Positions 26,049-33,736 of a stretch of DNA of 37,926 nt are shown one piece after another. The translations under genes were made by a program, and so were the position numbers. This DNA comes from Planctomycetaceae bacterium (GTDB lineage Bacteria; Planctomycetota; Planctomycetia; Pirellulales; UBA1268), in NCBI GenBank assembly GCA_046095965.1, contig JBJTJO010000123.1, positions 1 through 37,926 on the forward strand, in the 5' to 3' direction. The first letter of the stretch is position 1, and each line of letters starts with the position of its first letter. The notes beneath the pieces are model-generated. The model ran no database searches, was not told the DNA's origin, and saw only the letters and a list, made by a program, of their open reading frames with translations.

Positions 26049-26809
26049 CCGGGGAACGACATGCGCCGCCTGCACGCCGCCTGCCTGGCCTGGACACCCG
26101 CCGCAGCGGCGGATCCCGCGAGCCAGAGCGTCGCGCCGGCGACCGCGCCGGCCACGATGCCGGCCGGTCCCGCGGGCACGCCGGCCGCGGCACAGGTCGC
26201 GGCCGTCGCCGCGAGGCCCGCGGCCTCGCCCGCCCGCCGGCTCGACCGTTCGTCGGCGCCACGCTGGTGCGACCGCCACTCGGCGACGAGGGCCGCCGCC
26301 TCGCCCACGAGCGCCGCGGGCACGAGCGTCCGCAGCCCCATGCGGACCGTGGCGCCGGCGACCGTGCGGATCGCGACCCGCCCGGCGGCCCCGGCGGCGA
26401 CCCGCGCCGACACCGCCGCCGTGACGCGGCCCGCGACCGACACGACCCGCGCGACGACGAGATCGACCTGGCGGCTCGCCCGCCGGCCGGTCGCGCACCA
26501 CGTGGCGAAGTGCTCGCAGTTGTCGATGACGGGGCAGTAGCCGTCGCGACCCACGTGCCCGAACGCCCGGGCCACGATCGCGTCGGGCGCGAACGCCGCC
26601 GCCGGCTCCGTCACGGCGCGGACGGGCCGCCCCGCCGCGAACTCGGCACGACTCGTCCGCTCGACCCGGCCGCCGCCGAAGGGGTTGCGAAAGTCGTCGG
26701 GTCGCGCGTGCACGACGGTGCCGTCGCCCACGTCGATGCCGTGGTGCGAATACGTGACGGTCGATCCCGCCACCCGCCGCTCGACCGCCAGCCGATCACC
26801 GCGCGCCAT
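26039..26809 (-). CDS. LRAT/PLAAT-like NlpC/P60-superfamily thiol acyltransferase/phospholipase homolog with a hydrophobic C-terminal region
   Basis: The ATG at 26809 has GGAGGA 5 nt upstream. [15 protein letters not shown] supplies the His of the catalytic pair, and NCEHFATWC (NCEHF at 26507..26521) is the hallmark LRAT-family Cys motif. The C-terminal 120 aa are Ala/Gly/Val-rich hydrophobic segments. The 3' end overlaps the convergent ATPase gene by 10 nt. Confidence 0.75.
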   Translation of the reverse strand: MARGDRLAVERRVAGSTVTYSHHGIDVGDGTVVHARPDDFRNPFGGGRVERTSRAEFAAGRPVRAVTEPAAAFAPDAIVARAFGHVGRDGYCPVIDNCEHFATWCATGRRASRQVDLVVARVVSVAGRVTAAVSARVAAGAAGRVAIRTVAGATVRMGLRTLVPAALVGEAAALVAEWRSHQRGADERSSRRAGEAAGLAATAATCAAAGVPAGPAGIVAGAVAGATLWLAGSAAAAGVQARQAACRRRMSFPGQR

Positions 26810-26873
26810 GCCCGTCCTCCACGAGCATCATACGCAGCCGCCACCAACCACGTTCGCCACGATCCCCCTTCCG

Positions 26874-26910
26874 CACCCTCACCCCAACCCTCTCCCAGAG
26901 GGAGAGGGAG
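26874..26910. repeat. REP-like palindromic element (caccctcaccccaaCCCTCTCCCagaGGGAGAGGGag)
   Basis: A perfect 9-bp inverted repeat with a 3-nt loop lies at 26888..26908, in the 118-nt gap between the nupC stop and the LRAT-like start. The sequence class (translated in shadow ORFs as PNPLPEGEGE / PSPRGRGR) is one I recall as a dispersed intergenic repeat in many GC-rich genomes. Only one copy is present in this window. Confidence 0.45.
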
Positions 26911-26927
26911 AAGAAGCAATCGCCGCC

Positions 26928-28160
26928 TCACGGCAGCATCACCCCGGCGATCGCGGCGGAGAGGGCCGTGGCGAGCGTCGAGATGACGAGCATCTTCACG
27001 CCCAGCCGCGCGAGGTCGTCCTGCCGCTCGGGCACGAGGGCGCCGATGCCGCCGATCTGGATGCCGATGCTCGAGATGTTGGCGAAACTGCACATCGCGA
27101 TCGTGGCCAGCGCGACGCCCTTCGGGGAGAGCGACTCCTTGAGGGCGCCCATGTCGAAGTAGGCGATGAGCTCGTTGAGCACCGTGCGCGTGCCGAGCAG
27201 GCCTCCCACTGCGGTGCAGTCGGCCCAGGGCACGCCGATGAGCCAGGCGACCGGCGCGAAGACCAGGCCGAGGAGCCGCTGCAGCGAACACTCCGGCCAG
27301 CCGAGGAGGCCGCCGACCCAGCCCAGGGCCAGGTTCGCGAGGGCCACCAGCGCGATGAACGAGATGAGGATGGCCGCCACGTTCGCCGCCAGGAGCATCC
27401 CCTCGCGGGTCCCGCGGGCCGCGGCGGCGAGCACGTTGCCGTCGAGCCGCTCGTTCGACACGTGCAGCGTGCCGAGCGTCTCGGGCACGCCCTCCTCGGG
27501 GATGAAGATCTTCGTGAGGTAGATCGTGGCCGGAAAGCTCATGAGGATCGCGGTGAGCAGGTCCCGCGACGCACAGCCCGCGGCCATGTAGGCGCCGAGG
27601 ATGCCCCCCGACACCAGGCCCATGCCGCTGACCATGACGACGGCGAGCTCGGACCGCGTCAGCCGGGCGAGGTAGGGGCGGATGACGAGCGGCGCCTCGG
27701 TCTGCCCGAGGAAGATGCTGGCGGCGGCGTTGAGCGTCTCCGCGCCGCTCGACCCGAGCACCTTGGCCGTCACCCAGGCGAACGCCCGCACCACGACCTG
27801 CATGACCCCGAGGTGGTAGAGCACCGCGAACAGCGCGGCCACGAACACGATCGTGGGCAGCACGCGGAAGGCGAACACGAAGCCCGCGGGGCCGGCAGGA
27901 TCGACGAGCTTGTCGCCGAACACGAACCGCGCGCCGGTCGCGGCGCAGGCGAGCACGCTCTCCACCCACTGCGCGGCCCAGTCGAGCGCCGATCGCCCCG
28001 CCTCGAACCGCAGGAGCAGGAACCCGAACAGGCACTGGAGACCCAGGCCGCCGAGCACCATCCGCGGCGAGATCCGCCGGCGGTCCTCGGAAAACAGGTA
28101 CGCGGTGGCGAGGATGGCGGCGACACCGAGGAGTCCCTGCCAGCGGCCGAGGTCGGGCAT
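26928..28160 (-). CDS. nupC: concentrative nucleoside transporter (NupC/CNT family)
   Basis: 410 aa and polytopic. GARFVFG, FAFRVLPTIVFVAAL, ASIFLGQTEAPLVIRPYL, LTRSEL and MCSFANISSIGIQIGGIG are characteristic CNT motifs. Confidence 0.9.
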   Translation of the reverse strand: MPDLGRWQGLLGVAAILATAYLFSEDRRRISPRMVLGGLGLQCLFGFLLLRFEAGRSALDWAAQWVESVLACAATGARFVFGDKLVDPAGPAGFVFAFRVLPTIVFVAALFAVLYHLGVMQVVVRAFAWVTAKVLGSSGAETLNAAASIFLGQTEAPLVIRPYLARLTRSELAVVMVSGMGLVSGGILGAYMAAGCASRDLLTAILMSFPATIYLTKIFIPEEGVPETLGTLHVSNERLDGNVLAAAARGTREGMLLAANVAAILISFIALVALANLALGWVGGLLGWPECSLQRLLGLVFAPVAWLIGVPWADCTAVGGLLGTRTVLNELIAYFDMGALKESLSPKGVALATIAMCSFANISSIGIQIGGIGALVPERQDDLARLGVKMLVISTLATALSAAIAGVMLP

Positions 28161-29518
28161 CGGTGCGTTCCTGCGTGGGGATGTGCCCGCGGTGAAGCGG
28201 AAGAGGACGAGAGGCGTTCGAGCACGCGCGGGGCGGGGGGGGGCGGCTCGGGGCCGTTCTCGAGGGCCGCGGCGAGCAGTTGCGGGACGGCGGGCACCGC
28301 GGCGGCGTGCTCGGGGTTGAAGCGCAACTCGGCGATCGCGGCGCCGGCGGCGACCGGCTCGCCCACCTTCGCGTGCAGGATGATGCCCGCGGCGGGGTCG
28401 ATGCGATCGGCCACCGTGCGGCGGCCGGCACCCAGAAGCATCGACGCCTGGCCGACCGGCCAGGCGCGGAGCCGCGTCACGAAGCCGACGCGCGGCGCCC
28501 GGACCGATTCTGACCGCGTCGCCCGTGGCAGCACGCCCTCGGGATCGTCACACACCCGCGGATCGCCCCCCTGCGCCGCCACCACGCGGCGGAACCGCTC
28601 GAGGGCCGAGCCATCGGCGAGCGCGCGGAGGCAGCGGCCGAGCGCCGCCTCGCGGTCGGCGGCCACGCCGGCGGCCACGAGCATCTCGGCGGCGAGTTCG
28701 AGCGACACTTCCATGAGGTCGGCCGGCCCGCGGCCCTGCAGGCACTCGACGCTCTCGAGGACTTCGAGCGCGTTGCCCACCGTGCGGCCCAGCGGCGCGT
28801 CCATGCTCGTGATCAGGGCCCGCACGGGCGTGCCGAGCCGGCGGCCGATCGAGGTCATGCTCTCGGCGAGGGCCCGGGCGTCGTCGCGCCGCGCCATGAA
28901 CGCGCCGTCGCCGGTCTTCACGTCGAGCACGAGGGCGTCGATCCCCTCGGCGAGTTTCTTGGAGAGGATCGAGGCCGTGATGAGCGGGATGCTCTCGACG
29001 GTCGCCGTGGCGTCGCGGAGGGCGTAGAGCACGCGGTCGGCCGGCGCGATCTCGGCCGTCTGACCGGCGAGCACGAGGCCGCAGTCGCGGGCGATCCGGC
29101 GGTAGGAGGCGAGGTCCACGTCCACGGAAAAACCCGGAATGCTCTCGAGCTTGTCGAGCGTGCCGCCGGTATGGCCGAGGCCGCGGCCCGAGACCATCGG
29201 CACCGTCGCCCCGCAGGCGGCCACGATCGGCGCGAGCACCAGGCTCGTCTTGTCCCCCACGCCGCCGGTCGAGTGCTTGTCCACCTTGGGGCCGGGGATG
29301 TCGGCGAGGTCGATCACCGTGCCCGAGTGGAGCATCGCATCGACGAGGGCCGCGGTCTCTCCCGGCGTCATGCCCCGCCAGACGATCGCCATGCAGAGGG
29401 CCGACCACTGGTAATCGGGCACGGCGCCCGAGCCGATGCCATCCACGAGGAAGCGGATCTCCGCGGCGGTGAGCGCGGCGCCGTCGCGCTTCCGGCGGAT
29501 GAGATCGACCGCTCGCAT
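27770..29518 (-). CDS. deoA: thymidine / pyrimidine-nucleoside phosphorylase; the homologous part ends near 28210, but the ORF reads on about 146 codons into nupC
   Basis: IRRKRDG..L, KHSTGGVGDKTSL, VSGRGLGHTGGTLDKLESIPG and SILSKK are family motifs. The recognisable domain is about 436 aa (29518..~28211), the normal length for this family. The next in-frame stop is at 27770, 391 nt inside nupC, and the tail is Ser/Arg/Cys/Pro-rich junk-like sequence. Confidence 0.85.
   Translation of the reverse strand: MRAVDLIRRKRDGAALTAAEIRFLVDGIGSGAVPDYQWSALCMAIVWRGMTPGETAALVDAMLHSGTVIDLADIPGPKVDKHSTGGVGDKTSLVLAPIVAACGATVPMVSGRGLGHTGGTLDKLESIPGFSVDVDLASYRRIARDCGLVLAGQTAEIAPADRVLYALRDATATVESIPLITASILSKKLAEGIDALVLDVKTGDGAFMARRDDARALAESMTSIGRRLGTPVRALITSMDAPLGRTVGNALEVLESVECLQGRGPADLMEVSLELAAEMLVAAGVAADREAALGRCLRALADGSALERFRRVVAAQGGDPRVCDDPEGVLPRATRSESVRAPRVGFVTRLRAWPVGQASMLLGAGRRTVADRIDPAAGIILHAKVGEPVAAGAAIAELRFNPEHAAAVPAVPQLLAAALENGPEPPPPAPRVLERLSSSSASPRAHPHAGTHRCPTSAAGRDSSVSPPSSPPRTCFPRTAGGSRRGWCSAAWVSSACSGSCSCGSRRGDRRSTGPRSGWRACSPAPRPARGSCSATSSSILPAPRASCSPSACCPRSCSWPRCSRCSTTSGSCRSWCGRSPG
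28235..28243. repeat. G9 homopolymer (C9 on the coding strand) at the end of the thymidine phosphorylase domain
   Basis: It was read directly from the sequence and encodes the PPP of EPPPPAP. This tract is prone to indel errors and slippage. Confidence 0.9.
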
Positions 29519-29548
29519 CGAGTCGCTCCCGTGGGCCCCGGGCCCGGA

Positions 29549-30184
29549 TCAGTGGCGGGCCGCCGTGCCGAACTGCCGGTCGCCGGCGTCGCCGAGGCCA
29601 GGCACGATGAAGCCCGAGTCGTCGAGCCCCTCGTCGAGCGCGGCCACGTGGATCGTCACGCCGGGCATGCCCCGCTCGAGCGTCGCCACACCCTGGGGGC
29701 TCGCGATCAGGGCCACGAACACGATCCGCCTCACGCCGGCCGCGCGGAGGATCTCGCAGGTGCGGACGGCCGAGCCGCCGGTGGCGAGCATGGGGTCCAC
29801 GACGATCGCGACCTCCGCGTCCACGTCGGCGGGCAGCTTGTTGTAGTACTCCCGCGGCTCGAGCGTCTGCTCGTCACGAAACAGCCCCACGTGCCAGACC
29901 TCGGCGTCGGGGATCATTTCGAGGAGGCCGTCGGCCATGCCCAGGCCGGCGCGGAGGATCGGCACGATCGCGATCCGGTCCTCGACGCGGCGGCCGGCCG
30001 CCTCGCCGAGCGGCGTCGCGGCCCGGACCTCGCGGGCGGGCAGGTCGCGGGTCGCCTCGTAGCCGAGCAGCCGGGTGAGTTGCCGCACGACGCGGCGGAA
30101 CTCCGCCGGCTTCGTCGCGGGATCGCGAAGCGCGACCACGTGGTGCGCGACCAGCGGATGCGCGGAGACGTGGACGCCGGCCAT
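29549..30184 (-). CDS. upp: uracil phosphoribosyltransferase
   Basis: Uses the inner ATG at 30184 (codon 12 of ORF 29549..30217). ILRAGLGM, the PRPP loop VVDPMLATGGS, and the C-terminal GLGDAGDR are Upp signatures. Confidence 0.9.
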   Translation of the reverse strand: MAGVHVSAHPLVAHHVVALRDPATKPAEFRRVVRQLTRLLGYEATRDLPAREVRAATPLGEAAGRRVEDRIAIVPILRAGLGMADGLLEMIPDAEVWHVGLFRDEQTLEPREYYNKLPADVDAEVAIVVDPMLATGGSAVRTCEILRAAGVRRIVFVALIASPQGVATLERGMPGVTIHVAALDEGLDDSGFIVPGLGDAGDRQFGTAARH

Positions 30185-30192
30185 GGCTGCTT

Positions 30193-30245
30193 CCCCGGAA
30201 CGAATCGACGCGATCATATCCCGTCCCCGGCGAATGTCGACCGCG
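30193..30245. promoter_or_regulatory. imperfect direct repeat (ccccgg..cgaat..cgac..cg, two copies) in the divergent upp / cdd promoter region
   Basis: The copies are ccccggaacgaatcgacgcg (30193..30212) and ccccggcgaatgtcgaccgcg (30225..30245), separated by atcatatcccgt. This is a possible regulator binding site; nothing further can be shown from the sequence. Confidence 0.2.
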
Positions 30246-30268
30246 CGGCGTCACGGTAGACTCTCGTC

Positions 30269-30715
30269 ATGTCCCATCAAGCCGGGGAATCCGAGGCGGT
30301 CGATCCGCTCGTCGCGGCGGCGCGGAAGGCCGCCGACAACGCCCATGCCCCGTATTCCGGCTGGCACGTGGGCGCGGCGGCCGTCTTCGCCGGTGCCAGC
30401 GGGCCGCCGTTCGTGGGCGCGAACGTCGAGAACGGCTCCTACGGCCTCACGCTCTGCGCCGAGCGGACGGCGATCTCGGCGGGCGTCGTGGCCGGCCACC
30501 GCCGGCTCGTGCGGCTCGCGCTCACCTGCACCGACGCCGCGGGGCAACGGGTCACCGGCATCGTGCCCTGCGGCGCGTGCCTGCAGGTGATCGCGGAGTT
30601 CGGCACGCCCGACACCGCGATCGTGATCGACGGCGGCGGCACGTTCCGCCTCGCCGACTTCCTGCCCCGGCCCTTCGGCACGGGCGTCGACGTGCCCCGC
30701 CGGGCGCCGTCCTGA
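30269..30715 (+). CDS. cdd: cytidine deaminase
   Basis: 148 aa. The zinc ligand motifs are CAER (LCAERTA) and PCGACLQ. Size and layout fit a homotetrameric-type Cdd. Confidence 0.9.
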   Translation: MSHQAGESEAVDPLVAAARKAADNAHAPYSGWHVGAAAVFAGASGPPFVGANVENGSYGLTLCAERTAISAGVVAGHRRLVRLALTCTDAAGQRVTGIVPCGACLQVIAEFGTPDTAIVIDGGGTFRLADFLPRPFGTGVDVPRRAPS

Positions 30716-30721
30716 CCCGCC

Positions 30722-31960
30722 TCAGCGGCCCACGTCGAGGCAGATGAGCGTCGCGTCGTCGCGGAGGTAGAGGCGGCCGCCCGCGAGGGCGGGCAGGGCC
30801 CGCACCGTGCCGGAAAGCGGCCTGCACCGCGCGAGCACCTCGAGCCGCTTGGGGTCGGGCCGGACGAGGAGCACCTCGCCGTCGGTCTTCGCCACCACGA
30901 GCTTGCCGTCGGCGACGACGAGCGTGCCGTACGCGTCGAGCCGCTCGCGCCAGGCTTCGCGCCCGGTCGCCGCCTCCACGCAGACGAACTCCGCCGGCGG
31001 CACGTCGTCGCGGCCGTCCAAGCAATAGAGATGGTCTCCCACGAGCACCGGCGTGCAGTACTGGCTGGCGAGCGGGCCCTCGCCCTGCCAGGCGGGCTTC
31101 GCGGCCGCCCGGTCGAAGGCGGCGCAGACGCAGCCGATCCCGTAGGCGCTCGTGACGAGGACGCGGTCTCCGCCGATCACGACGGGCGACGCCCCATTGA
31201 CCGTCGGCCCCCGCTGGCCGAAGGGAAACTGCCAGGCCACGTCGCCCGTGACCGGATCGAGAAGCAGGCACGAGAGCCGGGTGACCATGAGCACGTGCGG
31301 CCGACCGGCGACCTCGAGAGCCACCGGCGCCGAGTAGCTCGCCGCCTCGGCCGTGCGCTGCCAGAGCGTGGCCCCCGTGTCGAGCGCGCAGGCGACGATG
31401 CCGGCGTCGCCCCGGCCGCCGACGTTCACGATCACGCGATCGCCCATGACGAGCGGCGTGGAGCCCGCGCCGAAGTAGCCCTCCGGCGCCGCGAACTCGC
31501 GGTGGGTCTCCCGCGACCAGCGTCGCGTGCCGGTCGCGAGATCGTGCGCCGCGAGCACGCCCTGGGCGCCGAACGTGATCACGGTGCCCGCGTGGACGAC
31601 CGGCGTGCAGAGCGGCCCGTCCCCACCGCCGACCTGCGGCCGGAACCGCGTCGGCTGGTCCGCCTGCCACAGGGTCTTGCCCGTCGCCGCGTCGAGCGCC
31701 TCGACGATCTCGCGGTCGCCCTCGCGGTGGAAGAGGATCGCCCGCCCGCCGACCACCGCCACGCCCGCGTACCCCGCGCCGACCGGCCGCTTCCAGATCA
31801 CCGCCGGGCCGGCGGCCGGCCAGGTGTCGGCGAGTTGCTCGTCGGCCGCCGCGGCGCCGGTCCGCGCGGGCCCGAGGATCTGCGGCCAGTCACCGCCGCG
31901 GACGGCCGCCGCCGTGAGGGCGACCCAGAGCCACGCCGCCCCGGCCGCGCGGTTCGTCAT
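30722..31960 (-). CDS. secreted PQQ-like (BamB-type) beta-propeller repeat protein
   Basis: Uses the inner ATG at 31960 (last 412 codons of ORF 30722..33391). The signal peptide is AAWLWVALTAAAV. Repeated blocks of the form ...ALDAATGKTLWQ, AHDLATGTRRWS, ALDTGATLWQ, LLDPVTGDVAWQ, VEAATGREAWR are typical of PQQ-like propeller blades. An ATGA overlap joins it to the kinase gene. Confidence 0.8.
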   Translation of the reverse strand: MTNRAAGAAWLWVALTAAAVRGGDWPQILGPARTGAAAADEQLADTWPAAGPAVIWKRPVGAGYAGVAVVGGRAILFHREGDREIVEALDAATGKTLWQADQPTRFRPQVGGGDGPLCTPVVHAGTVITFGAQGVLAAHDLATGTRRWSRETHREFAAPEGYFGAGSTPLVMGDRVIVNVGGRGDAGIVACALDTGATLWQRTAEAASYSAPVALEVAGRPHVLMVTRLSCLLLDPVTGDVAWQFPFGQRGPTVNGASPVVIGGDRVLVTSAYGIGCVCAAFDRAAAKPAWQGEGPLASQYCTPVLVGDHLYCLDGRDDVPPAEFVCVEAATGREAWRERLDAYGTLVVADGKLVVAKTDGEVLLVRPDPKRLEVLARCRPLSGTVRALPALAGGRLYLRDDATLICLDVGR

Positions 31961-33678
31961 GTCGCCTGTCCGCGCTGGCGGAAATACTTGTAGCCCGGCA
32001 CCATGAAGCAGACGGCGCTCACGAGGCCGAAGATCACGTGCTGCCACGCGGGCACGAGGCACATGACGAGCGCCGTGGCGAAGAGCACCGCCGCCTGGAT
32101 GTAGAAGGCCCCGGAGAGGATGCCGGCCTTGGCGAGGAACACCGTGCCCGCCAGGAGCGCGAGCACCGGCGAGAGCGTGAGCACCGGCAACCCCAGGAGC
32201 GCCTCGACGCCGAACAGGAGCACGCTCGCCACCACGCTCGCGCCCCAGACGTGGGCCACCTGCCGCTCGACGGCCGTGACCGGCCCGGTGCGATGCCGCA
32301 GCGCCCAGAAGATCGGCGCCCAGAGCGCGAGGCCGCCGCCCCAGAGCACGAGGTAGGGCCAGCGCTCCGCGACCCCCTGCCAGGCGAGCACGTCGGTCGT
32401 CACGCACAGGCCGAGGATCACGACCGAGTGCCACATCCAGAGCAGGCCCCAGTTCTCGAGCACGACGGCGTGGTGCGTCTCGCGGAAGAGTCGCGCGACC
32501 ACGTCCCCGAGGCCACCGCGGCGGGCGGCGACCGGCTCGCCGGCGAGGAACGCGCGGAGGTCGGCCGCGAGCGCCGCGGCCGAGGCGTAGCGGAGGTCGG
32601 CCGGCTTCTGCAGGCTCTTCAGCGCGATGAGCTCGAGGTCGCGATCCACGCCGGGGGCGAGCGACCGCGGCAGCGGCGGGTCGCTCTCGAGCACCGCGAG
32701 GAGCGTGTCCATGGCGCCGCCGGCCTGAAAGGGCGGCCGGCCGGTGAGCATCTGGTAGAGGATCGCGCCCAGGCTCCAGACGTCGCTCGCCGGGCCGACG
32801 TCGCCGCGGCTGCCGGCCGCCTGCTCGGGCGACATGTAACAGGGCGTTCCGAGGATGGCGCCGGTGTGCGTGACGGACATCTCGTCCTCGAGCCGCTTGG
32901 CGAGGCCGAAGTCGGAGACCCGCGGCGCGCCCGTCGCGTCGATGAGGATGTTGGAGGGCTTCAAATCCCGGTGGAGCACGCCGCGGTCGTGGGCGGCCTG
33001 CACCGCGTCGGCGACCTGCGCCAGGAGCCCGGCTGCCTCCCGCGGCGGCAGCGGACCGGCGGCCAGCCGCTTCGACAGCGTCGTCCCCTCGACGAGCTGC
33101 ATGCTGTAGAAGGGGTGGCCGTCGTGCTCGCCGACCTCGAAGATCGACACGATCCCGGCGTGGTCGAGGCGGGCCGCGGCCTCGGCCTCGCTGCGGAAGC
33201 GGGCGAGGTCGGCCGGCGTGGCGAGGTCGCGGCGGAGGAGCATCTTCACGGCCACCGTGCGGCCGAGGCTCTTCTGGGTCGCGCGGTAGACGACGCCCAT
33301 GCCGCCCCGGCCGATCTCCTCGACGAGCTCGTAGTCGCCGAACGCGAGGGGGAGCGGGGCGGACCCCGGCACGAAGCCGCCGCCCCCCCACGAGTCCGCG
33401 ACCGGCCCGACCGCCACCGGTCCGGAGCGGTGATCACCGGCCGCGACCAGGATCGTGGACCGCTCCGCGACGGCGTCGGCCACCGACATCGCGGCGAACA
33501 CCTCGCGCAGTTCGCCGGCGAGGTCGGGATGATCGCCCGCGAGCCGCTCGAGCGCGGCCTGCGCCGCCGGACCGCGGATCTCCGAGAGCGATTCCACGAG
33601 CGCCGCCAGCCGCTCCTCGCGGTCGGGCTCGAGCGGCGCGGTGCCGGCCGGCGGCCGGGTGATCGTCGGTGGGGTCAT
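31957..33678 (-). CDS. Ser/Thr protein kinase with a C-terminal 6-TM domain
   Basis: IGRGGMGVVYRA, AVKML, HRDLKPSNILI, SDFGLAK and GTPCYMSPEQ form a Hanks-type catalytic core. Six hydrophobic helices follow (LLWMWHSVVILGLCV ... VIFGLVSAVCFMVPG). Confidence 0.9.
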   Translation of the reverse strand: MTPPTITRPPAGTAPLEPDREERLAALVESLSEIRGPAAQAALERLAGDHPDLAGELREVFAAMSVADAVAERSTILVAAGDHRSGPVAVGPVADSWGGGGFVPGSAPLPLAFGDYELVEEIGRGGMGVVYRATQKSLGRTVAVKMLLRRDLATPADLARFRSEAEAAARLDHAGIVSIFEVGEHDGHPFYSMQLVEGTTLSKRLAAGPLPPREAAGLLAQVADAVQAAHDRGVLHRDLKPSNILIDATGAPRVSDFGLAKRLEDEMSVTHTGAILGTPCYMSPEQAAGSRGDVGPASDVWSLGAILYQMLTGRPPFQAGGAMDTLLAVLESDPPLPRSLAPGVDRDLELIALKSLQKPADLRYASAAALAADLRAFLAGEPVAARRGGLGDVVARLFRETHHAVVLENWGLLWMWHSVVILGLCVTTDVLAWQGVAERWPYLVLWGGGLALWAPIFWALRHRTGPVTAVERQVAHVWGASVVASVLLFGVEALLGLPVLTLSPVLALLAGTVFLAKAGILSGAFYIQAAVLFATALVMCLVPAWQHVIFGLVSAVCFMVPGYKYFRQRGQAT

Positions 33679-33736
33679 GGCACGTGTTCTGGCGGTGGAC
33701 GCAGCAGCATGCTAGGCGCCGCGCCGGCGGCGGACA

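Noticed and set aside
23400-26501. Upstream 1034 codons of the 1169-aa ORF 22992..26501 (minus)
   Set aside because: Only the last 135 codons (DUF2237) look like protein. The rest is antisense to miaE and the P-type ATPase, both of which have unambiguous motifs.
26611-29027. ORFs 26611..28431 (minus, 606 aa) and 26685..29027 (plus, 780 aa)
   Set aside because: They are shadows over nupC and thymidine phosphorylase. The 26611..28431 frame is simply the third open frame through the stop-free junction discussed in the findings.
27770-29518. Calling thymidine phosphorylase a pseudogene or a genuine phosphorylase-NupC fusion
   Set aside because: The catalytic domain is intact and full length, and only the stop is missing. 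A fusion would require a +1 indel that is not present in the sequence as given. I report it as an anomaly to verify rather than as a pseudogene or a fusion.
31961-33391. N-terminal 477 codons of the 889-aa ORF 30722..33391 (minus)
   Set aside because: This part is out of frame with the Ser/Thr kinase gene, whose Hanks motifs are unambiguous. The propeller protein starts at the ATG at 31960 with a signal peptide and an ATGA overlap.
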